The notes beneath the pieces are model-generated. The model did not search any database. It saw only the letters and a list, made by a program, of their open reading frames with translations, and had not been told where the DNA came from. The translations under genes were made by a program, and so were the position numbers. A stretch of DNA of 64,000 bases from NCBI GenBank assembly GCA_963697385.1, contig CAVONU010000006.1, positions 350,343 to 414,342 of the forward strand, in the 5' to 3' direction. Every line of letters starts with the position of its first letter. The first letter of the stretch is position 1. The DNA comes from an uncultured Acidimicrobiales bacterium (lineage in GTDB: Bacteria; Actinomycetota; Acidimicrobiia; Acidimicrobiales; CAWCAL01). Shown piece after piece: positions 19,225 through 25,307 of the stretch.

Positions 19225-19620
19225 GTGCTTTTCGTGGGTCGGGTGACGGAAGTACCGACGACCCCCGCCGCCTCAGGGAAGCGTGGGGTCGTGTGGTCTC
19301 CGCGAATGTCGACGGAGAGCCGCGTAGAAGTCGATTCGGGACCGACTGGAAGCGTGGGCTCCGTGGTGCAGCCCTGCACCGCCGCCTGCACCACGACGCA
19401 TGGCCACTGCACCGCCGACTGCACCGGGGCGAACGGTCACTGGGTGTCGCTGCAGTGGCTTGCCGCGAGCGTGAGCCTGTCGGACGCCAGCAGCGCACCT
19501 TGGTGCATTGGTGTGGACGACAAGCAAGCGTGCGGCGAAGAGCGCTGGTCCTCGTCGAAGGATGACTCCCGGGCACCCTCGAGGCTGGCTGCCTGGACCG
19601 GTTCGGGCAAGTGGCGATGA
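19225..19620 (+). CDS. candidate small Cys/Trp/His-rich protein (uncertain)
   Basis: High G/C at third positions, but the antisense frame shares those positions. Contains PCTAACTTTHGHCTADCTGANGH. Ends 68 nt before the HTH gene on the same strand. Confidence 0.3.
   Translation: MLFVGRVTEVPTTPAASGKRGVVWSPRMSTESRVEVDSGPTGSVGSVVQPCTAACTTTHGHCTADCTGANGHWVSLQWLAASVSLSDASSAPWCIGVDDKQACGEERWSSSKDDSRAPSRLAAWTGSGKWR
19365..19425. repeat. array of five exact CTGCACC/GGTGCAG heptamers
   Basis: ggtgcag (19365-71); ctgcacc at 19374-80, 19386-92, 19407-13 and 19419-25. Two pairs are spaced 12 bp start to start. The first two form the palindrome GGTGCAG-cc-CTGCACC. Confidence 0.85.
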
Positions 19621-19687
19621 GCCTCAACCCAGAGGTCGCCGATCCGTTCCATGTCGCGTCTGGTCGTCGGCAGCGCCTTCCGGACGT

Positions 19688-19905
19688 ATGGCGAACGCGC
19701 TCGTGCCAACCAGACTGACGGAGGCACCCAGTCCGTTGCTCACCATCGACGACGCCGCGACCCGGCTCTCCGTGACTCCGAGGTTCGTCCGTCGGCTCGT
19801 CGCAGAGCGGAGGATCGTCTTCCACCGCGTCGGGAAGTCCATTCGCTTCGACCCGCCGATGTCGACGTCTTCATCCTCGAGGGTCGGGTCGAGCGACGTC
19901 CTTGA
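19688..19905 (+). pseudogene. excisionase-family (MerR-like) HTH protein, 1-nt deletion frameshift
   Basis: MANALVPTRLTEAPSPLLTIDDAATRLSVTPRFVRRLVAERRIVFHRVGKSIRFDP, then the expected ADVDVFILEGRVERRP* is in the next frame. gacccgccgatgtc is seen where gacccgGccgatgtc would be intact. Confidence 0.65.
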
Positions 19906-19936
19906 GCATCGCCGGGCTGCGGTTGAGAGGTCCCCG

Positions 19937-20371
19937 TCACCTCTGTCCTTCGCCCATCGCCTTGTGAGCGGCGGCGTCGCCCTCGGGGGTGTTGACGATC
20001 CAGCAGCTGAAGGCCCAGTCCGACCACTCCTGCGCAGAGGCGCATGCCGCCTCGACCCGTGCTCGAACGGTGGACAGCGGCTCCTCGATGTGCTCCACGG
20101 GAGCGACGCGCCCAGGGGGCCCGCCGTCGATGTACCTAATCCGCCCAACCCGACCTAGCGAGAGGCGGCATAGACGCTCCAGGCTGCGGAACGCGTCCTC
20201 GACATCTTGTGAGGTTGGCGGGTCGGTGGTTGTGGGCGGATTCTCGCGGATTCCGAGATGGATGAGGACCAAATCGAACGCGACGTCATCGGTGAGGCCG
20301 TCGATGAGAATCTCGAGCTCTCCTGGCGTCAGCTCTTGGCCGTTCCCGGTCGCGTCACTCGCTTTGGTCAT
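19937..20371 (-). CDS. hypothetical protein
   Basis: 144-aa ORF with a balanced, acidic composition (ELTPGELEILIDGLTDDVAFDLVLIHLGIRE). Immediately downstream of int2. Confidence 0.55.
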   Translation of the reverse strand: MTKASDATGNGQELTPGELEILIDGLTDDVAFDLVLIHLGIRENPPTTTDPPTSQDVEDAFRSLERLCRLSLGRVGRIRYIDGGPPGRVAPVEHIEEPLSTVRARVEAACASAQEWSDWAFSCWIVNTPEGDAAAHKAMGEGQR

Positions 20372-20372
20372 T

Positions 20373-20442
20373 GTCTTGCATCCCGTTGAGGTCGCCGTTC
20401 ATGCGCCGTCTTGCATCCCGTTGAGGTCGCCGTTCATGCGCC
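20373..20442. repeat. perfect 35-bp tandem duplication (2 units)
   Basis: gtcttgcatcccgttgaggtcgccgttcatgcgcc at 20373-20407 and again at 20408-20442. It spans the int2 stop region. Confidence 0.95.
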
Positions 20443-21370
20443 GCTCGATGGCGTCGGCGATCTCACCGTCCCGCCGCTGCGATGCCTTGAGGTATCGGAG
20501 CGAGGCGTCGGAGGAGGCGTGGCCCATCCTCGCCATGATCTCGCGCAGCGAGGCGCCGGCCGTAGCCGCCGACGTCCCGGCCAGGTGGCGGAGGTCGTGG
20601 AAGCGAGTCGACTCCTCGAGGCCGGCATCTCGCACGGCTCGCTTCCAGTACGGAGCGAAGTAGCGGTTGAGGAGCGGGCTGCCCTTCACCGACGTGAAGA
20701 TGAACGCTTCCGGCTCGTCGTCGACGAAGGCGTCGATGTGGCCGGCGAGGACCTGGGCCGCACTGACCGGGATCGTCACGGTGCGATGTGCCGCCGCCGA
20801 CTTCGGCGGGCCGAGCGTCGGGCCCCGGCCTCGGACGAACGTGAGCGCCTGTTCGACCCGCAGGGTTCGCTCGCCGAGATCGACGTGGCGGCGGGTGAGC
20901 CCGGTGAGCTCGCCGAAACGGAGGCCCGATGTGCCTCCGACCCACACAAGAGCGCTGAACCTGGGCTGGATGGCCTCCGCGATGCGCTCGACGTCGTCCC
21001 AGTCGAGCGCCGGACGCTCGACGGCTCGTTCGACGGCGGCGCCTTTGATGTGGACGGGGTTCATGCGGATGAGCCCGTCGTCGACGGCGGTGTCCAACAT
21101 CGTCCGGAACAGTCGGTAGACCTTGGCCACGGTGTTGGCGTGGAGGTCTGACTTGGCCAGTCGACCGTGCCAGGCACGCACCATCGACGATGGGTTGACG
21201 TGACGCCCGCCGAGGAGGTCGGTCTCCATCGTCGCCAGCCATGCTCGAGCGTCGGCCTTCGTGGCGAAGGTCGAGTCGGCCGGGACCTGTTTCCCGAGGC
21301 GCCAGTAGCGCGCCTGATAGCGCCCGCTCCTGAGCTTCCGGATGTTGCCGAACGGCCTGGTGCTGCCCAT
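20399..21370 (-). CDS. tyrosine recombinase/integrase, copy 2 (in-frame N-terminal-domain deletion)
   Basis: MGSTRPFGNIRKLRSGRYQARYWRLGKQVPADSTFATKADARAWLATMETDLLGGRHVNPSS joins directly to MVRAWHGRL. It lacks the WLEARDLRPRTRDTYASQLAYILAEFESVELRKITP segment kept by copy 1. The catalytic motifs are intact. Confidence 0.85.
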   Translation of the reverse strand: MGSTRPFGNIRKLRSGRYQARYWRLGKQVPADSTFATKADARAWLATMETDLLGGRHVNPSSMVRAWHGRLAKSDLHANTVAKVYRLFRTMLDTAVDDGLIRMNPVHIKGAAVERAVERPALDWDDVERIAEAIQPRFSALVWVGGTSGLRFGELTGLTRRHVDLGERTLRVEQALTFVRGRGPTLGPPKSAAAHRTVTIPVSAAQVLAGHIDAFVDDEPEAFIFTSVKGSPLLNRYFAPYWKRAVRDAGLEESTRFHDLRHLAGTSAATAGASLREIMARMGHASSDASLRYLKASQRRDGEIADAIERRMNGDLNGMQDGA

Positions 21371-21395
21371 ACGTGCCCACGGTCGCCCGATGTTC

Positions 21396-21413
21396 TAGGC
21401 ACACTGTAGGCAC
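21396..21413. promoter_or_regulatory. TAGGCAC-N4-TAGGCAC doublet, third copy
   Basis: taggcacactgtaggcac, upstream of the int2 ATG, in the same relative position as at int1. Confidence 0.4.
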
Positions 21414-21456
21414 GGAACCCAGTGACGGTTTGGCTCACTACCAACGGTTCTGCGTG

Positions 21457-21501
21457 GAGCGGGTGAGGGTAATCGAAACCCCGTTCTCAGCTTGGGAAGC
21501 T
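21457..21501. repeat. 45-bp exact direct repeat of the tRNA-Gly 3' part (att site)
   Basis: gagcgggtgagggtaatcgaaaccccgttctcagcttgggaagct is identical to 24522-24566 (compared base by base). Confidence 0.9.
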
Positions 21502-21592
21502 CACCCGACGGGTTTCGGCGGACGGCAGCGGACCGAATTCGGGAGTTTCATGCGGTTTCGGACCGGGGCGAACCATGGCGGATCCAAGCGGT

Positions 21593-21613
21593 CGCGCGAT
21601 GGACGCGCGATGG
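21593..21613. repeat. 21-bp repeat cgcgcgatggacgcgcgatgg (candidate arm-type integrase site, left end of A)
   Basis: Identical to 24440-24460. It is itself a tandem of cgcgatgg. 92 bp inside the left att repeat. Confidence 0.5.
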
Positions 21614-21665
21614 CGGTTGAAGATATGGCTAGATATGGAGGACAGAAAAGCGCCACAATGGGATC

Positions 21666-21924
21666 ATGGATGTAGGTATTCGAGAACTGCGCGATCACCT
21701 CAGCCGGTATCTGACTGCGGTTCGGGAGGGTGAGGAGGTGACCGTCACCGATCACGGCAAGGCCGTGGCCCGACTCGTCCCCCTCGAGCGACCCCGCCCG
21801 CTCGATCGCCTCATCGCCGAGGGCTTGGTCACTCCCGGCTCAGGGGCCGAAGCCCAAGCGCTCGGGAAAACGCATCAAGGCGAACGGGACCGTGAGCGAT
21901 CTGGTGGCCGAGCAGCGGCAATGA
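21666..21924 (+). pseudogene. vapB: Phd/YefM-type antitoxin (VapB-like), frameshifted near the 3' end
   Basis: MDVGIRELRDHLSRYLTAVREGEEVTVTDHGKAVARLVPLERPRPLDRLIAEGLVTPGSG. The expected tail PKPKRSGKRIKANGTVSDLVAEQRQ* (with TGA overlapping the vapC ATG as ATGA) is in another frame. Confidence 0.7.
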
Positions 21925-22242
21925 TCGCCTACTTCGACACTTCGGCGATCATCCCGCTCATCATCGACGAGCCCGCCTCGGGCGAGCGCGTATGGAAGCA
22001 GCCGGTGGCGCAGGAGGCCCGTGCGCTGGCTCGAGCCAGGAGCGTATCCGGGGCGTGTGGCGACCGCCAGCTGGACGGGGCGAGAGCTCGACCGCCGACT
22101 CCGTCGACTACGTCGAGGTGACCGACATCACCTCGTGCGAGTCGGCAGGTCGAGCTCGCTCAGGACCGCCCTTCGCGGGTACGACGCAGTGCACCTCCGC
22201 GGCCGCACGGCGGGCCGACGATCGGCTCGTCCGGGTCCGTGA
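21921..22242 (+). pseudogene. vapC: PIN-domain toxin (VapC-like), multiple frameshifts
   Basis: The N-terminus MIAYFDTSAIIPLIIDEPAS is in one frame. Later family segments (RELDRRL, DYVEVTD, LRGYDAVHL, AAARRADDRLV) are scattered over all three frames. The 3' end is uncertain. Confidence 0.6.
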
Positions 22243-22881
22243 GCGGTGTCTGATGCGGGCTCAGGGGGTGAAGGCGGCGGGAATGCGTCGATGGTGCATT
22301 CGATGTCGTCGTCGGAGATCTCCTGCCGGTCGAACAGCCGCGCATACAGGATCGGCCCGATGGTGTGGGCGGCGACGATTCCTTCGGTGAGTGTCGGGTC
22401 GAGGTGCCCTTGTTCGATCGCGGCTCTGGCGACGTCCCAGACCGGGCGACGGCTGATCGCTGTCATCGCGTCGTGCACCGCTTGAATACGCGGGTCGCTG
22501 GGTGAGCGGTCGATTGCCGCGACGAGGACCTCACCAAGCTTGCTGGACTGCAGCGGGTCGACGAAGACGCGCGACGGCCGAGATGAGATCGCGGCGCAGG
22601 TCACCGGTGGGCTCATCGGCGACGAGCGGTGCCTGGCAATCCAAGAGCACATCAGCGAGAAGATCTTCGACCGTCGGCCAGTGCCGGTAGATGGTCGCCC
22701 GCCCGACACCGGCTTCTTCGGCGACTCGAAGATGGGTGACGGCGTCCCAGCCATCGGTGAACAAAAGCACGGCCCCAGCGCCCAAGACGGCGTCCCGTGT
22801 CCGGGAACCGACACGCTGGGCGGGCACCAGAACCGTTGTCGACGCGATGGTCGAACACCGTGCCGATCGGCCTGACGCCAT
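22128..22881 (-). pseudogene. TetR-family regulator, frameshifted
   Basis: The HTH half (TRDAVLGAGAVLLFTDGWDAVTHLRVAEEAGVGRATIYRHWPTVEDLLADVLL) is in the 22881 frame. The C-terminal half (VFVDPLQSSKLGEVLVAAIDRS...TIGPILYARLFDRQEISDDDIECTIDAF) is in another frame. The switch is at ~22565-22580. Confidence 0.7.
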
Positions 22882-23064
22882 GTCGGCGACCGATCAGTCA
22901 CCGATCGATCCGACCACCTGGCGGAGCGGTGGTCGCTAGGGGCGCCGAAGGCGCACCCAGCAAGTCTGTGCCTGCCATTTCGGGTCGATGTGGTGCAGTG
23001 ATGCGTGCAGGGGACGGAGCGGGAGCTTGTCGCGTTGGAGCGGCTCGGGACGCTTTCCCTGGGC

Positions 23065-23266
23065 ATGGAAGGTGAGGATGGTCGAGCGCTCTTGCTGACG
23101 GTGCGAGAGGCGGCGGCTGCTGCTGGCGGTAGGGCGAACGACGCTGTATGAGCTGATCGCCGACGGGCAGCTCGGGACGGTACACATCGGACGGGCGGTG
23201 CGAGTCCCGCGAGCGGAGCTCGAGGCCTTCGTCGCCCGCCGCTGTCAGACGGCAGGCGTACGATGA
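23065..23266 (+). pseudogene. excisionase-family HTH protein, frameshifted
   Basis: MEGEDGRALLLTVREAA is in one frame and LLAVGRTTLYELIADGQLGTVHIGRAVRVPRAELEAFVARR in the next. 58 nt upstream of int3. Confidence 0.65.
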
Positions 23267-23323
23267 GATCCACCTTGCAGCCGTCGGCTGCCTCCTGACC
23301 GTTCGACACGGGGAGGCCGTCCG

Positions 23324-24406
23324 ATGGCATCCATCACCCGACGATCCACGGCAGCCGGCGACGCTCGGTATGACGCTCGAGTTCGGATCGGCGACCAGGT
23401 CCGGACCAAGACGTTCCGGCGCCGCGGCGACGCCGAACGGTGGGCTCGCCAGCAGGAGACACGCAAGGACCGGGGCGACCTCGTCGACCCGAGGGCCGGC
23501 GCCATACCGCTGGCGGAGTACGCGCGACGGTGGCTCCCGACCCGGGACCTGCGGCCGAGGACCCGTCAGCTCTACGGCCACATGCTGACCCGGCGTATCG
23601 CTCCGACGTTCGGAGCGACGCCGATCAACCGGATCACCACCGAGGCCGTCCGTTCGTGGCACGGTCGAGTCACAAACGAGGTGAGCGCTCTCCAGGCGGC
23701 CAAGGCCTACCGGCTGCTGCGGGCCATGCTCAACACCGCCGTCGCCGACGGGCTTCTGGCCCGGAACCCGTGCTGCATCCCGGGCGCAGGCCAGGAGCGC
23801 TCGCCCGAACGGCCGCTGATCGAGCCGGCCGATGTGCTGCGGCTGGCCGAAGCGATCGAGCCCCGCTTCCGAGCCCTGGTCCTCGTGGCCGCGGTGGGAG
23901 GTCTCCGGGTGGGTGAACTGCTCGGGCTCCAGCGACGCCATGTCGATCTGGTCGAGGCGACGGTGCGGGTCGAGCAGCAGGCCATCGAGTTGTTCGACGG
24001 CACCCGGATCATCGCCGGGCCGAAGACTGACGCCGGCCGCCGCACCGTCGCCGTGCCCGAGTTCGTCTCGATCGCGCTCGGCGAGCAGCTCGAGCGATTC
24101 ACGGCGGCAGAACCAGATGCGTGGGTCTTCGTCGGTCAACGAGGCGAGCCGAGCCGTCGCATCACCCTCCAGCGGTCATGGACCGCCGCCAGGGAGGCCA
24201 CGGGCACGACGCACATCACCCTCCACGACCTCCGCCACGCCGGCGCCACCCTCGCAGCGTGGACCGGCGCATCGACCAAGGAGCTCATGGCCCGCCTCGG
24301 TCACAGCACCCCGCGAGCCGCGCTCCGCTACCAGCACGCCGCCCAGCACCGAGACCGTGAAATCGCCGACCGGCTGGGTGAGCTGTTCGAGCCGGATCCG
24401 GGATAG
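23324..24406 (+). CDS. tyrosine recombinase/integrase, copy 3 (intact)
   Basis: 360 aa, with a ggggagg RBS. Has a full N-terminal domain (DAERWARQQETRKDRGDLVDPRAGAIPLAEYARRWLPTRDLRPRTRQLY) and catalytic motifs (RRTVAVP, HDLRHAGATLAAWTGASTKELMARLGHSTPRAALRY). Confidence 0.9.
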   Translation: MASITRRSTAAGDARYDARVRIGDQVRTKTFRRRGDAERWARQQETRKDRGDLVDPRAGAIPLAEYARRWLPTRDLRPRTRQLYGHMLTRRIAPTFGATPINRITTEAVRSWHGRVTNEVSALQAAKAYRLLRAMLNTAVADGLLARNPCCIPGAGQERSPERPLIEPADVLRLAEAIEPRFRALVLVAAVGGLRVGELLGLQRRHVDLVEATVRVEQQAIELFDGTRIIAGPKTDAGRRTVAVPEFVSIALGEQLERFTAAEPDAWVFVGQRGEPSRRITLQRSWTAAREATGTTHITLHDLRHAGATLAAWTGASTKELMARLGHSTPRAALRYQHAAQHRDREIADRLGELFEPDPG

Positions 24407-24439
24407 CCCGTCGGTTTCTCGAGCAGGGCCCGATCCGAC

Positions 24440-24460
24440 CGCGCGATGGACGCGCGATGG
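24440..24460. repeat. 21-bp repeat cgcgcgatggacgcgcgatgg (candidate arm-type site, right end of A)
   Basis: Identical to 21593-21613. 62 bp from the tRNA-borne att core. Confidence 0.5.
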
Positions 24461-24522
24461 AGGGCCAAAACGGACCCGGCCCGGGCGGGCGAAATCGCCG
24501 CGATCCCGGGCCAGGACTCAAG

Positions 24523-24593
24523 AGCGGGTGAGGGTAATCGAAACCCCGTTCTCAGCTTGGGAAGCTGATGTTCTACCATTGAACTACACCCGC
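24523..24593 (-). tRNA. tRNA-Gly (anticodon CCC)
   Basis: The reverse complement reads GCGGGTGTAGTTCAATGGTAGAACATCAGCTTCCCAAGCTGAGAACGGGGTTTCGATTACCCTCACCCGCT. It has a 7-bp acceptor stem (GCGGGTG/CACCCGC), a D arm GTTC/GAAC, an anticodon stem TCAGC/GCTGA with loop TTCCCAA, a T loop TTCGATT and discriminator U. No CCA is encoded. Confidence 0.93.
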
Positions 24594-24636
24594 GAGAGTG
24601 CCCGACGATAGCGCGTACGGCGCCGTTCGCCAGCAG

Positions 24637-25238
24637 CTACGCCCCCAGGATGGTCCGGTTTTGGCCGGCCGCTTTCGCCTCGTCGAGCGCGGTGTCGGCT
24701 CGATCCAGCATGTTGGTGTCATCCGCGGCGGCGGCCGCGATTCCCGCCGAGAACGTCACGTCCGACCCGTGCGCGGTCCCAGGCTGCCCGCAGCCGCTCG
24801 ACGATCAACTCGGCGTGGTCGGGCGAGCCGTGGATGAGAAGGCAGGACTCTTCGCCGCCTCATCGGACCACCACATCGGGATGACGCAGCTGGGCACCGA
24901 CCACCTCGGCGAAAGACCGCAAGAGCTGGTCTCCCGCCAGGTGCCCGTGCCGGCTGCCGATCCCGGCGAGCGGATCGGTTCGGGCCTGCTGTTCGGAGCT
25001 CGGTGGAGTCGGACGGGTCGTCGTTCGGGACCATGCGCACGGGCGTGGCTCCGGTGAGCGACCGGATGGTCGGGGCGCGACGGTCCATACCCTCCACCAC
25101 GGTCTGGGCCGCGGCGGTCTCGCTGGCCAGGAACGACACCACGAACGCGATCGTGCCGTCCAGCCACCCCAGGAAGAGGAGGACGAACTTCGGTTGGCCG
25201 GCCTGGAACAGCATGATCGCGGTCAGTGCGAACGCCAC
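24637..25238 (-). pseudogene. small membrane-anchored GGDEF diguanylate cyclase, frameshifts plus an in-frame stop
   Basis: The two-TM N-terminus (MAFALTAIMLFQAGQPKFVLLFLGWLDGTIAFVVSFLA), the segment TDPLAGIGSRHGHLAGDQLLRSFAEVVGAQLRHPDVVVR-TGA-GGEESCLLIHG, and the tail AHGSDVTFSAGIAAAAADDTNMLDRADTALDEAKAAGQNRTILGA* lie in different frames. The TGA at 24860-24862 sits just before GGEE. Confidence 0.7.
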
Positions 25239-25307
25239 CGTTCCGGTTGGGTCGTTCGATCCGGCCGCTCACGATGGGCAGATGCCGGAGTGATCGCGCC
25301 GCCCGCC

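Larger units (their letters stand above)
15314..21456. mobile_element. integrative element remnant B (~6.1 kb; Int2, HTH/Xis-like, GH5, GH43 pseudogene)
   Basis: Bounded by the att remnant at 15301-15313 and the exact 45-bp tRNA-derived repeat at 21457-21501. int2 lies next to the tRNA-proximal end. Confidence 0.5.
21502..24521. mobile_element. integrated element A (~3.0 kb; Int3, Xis-like, TetR, vapBC), cargo decayed
   Basis: Flanked by the exact 45-bp repeats. The integrase is next to the tRNA. Matching 21-bp internal repeats lie near both ends. Confidence 0.7.

Noticed and set aside
24860-24862. In-frame TGA before GGEE as possible selenocysteine or Trp recoding
   Set aside because: The same gene has at least two frameshifts and a degenerate motif, and I saw no SECIS-like context. 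Simple nonsense decay is the economical reading.
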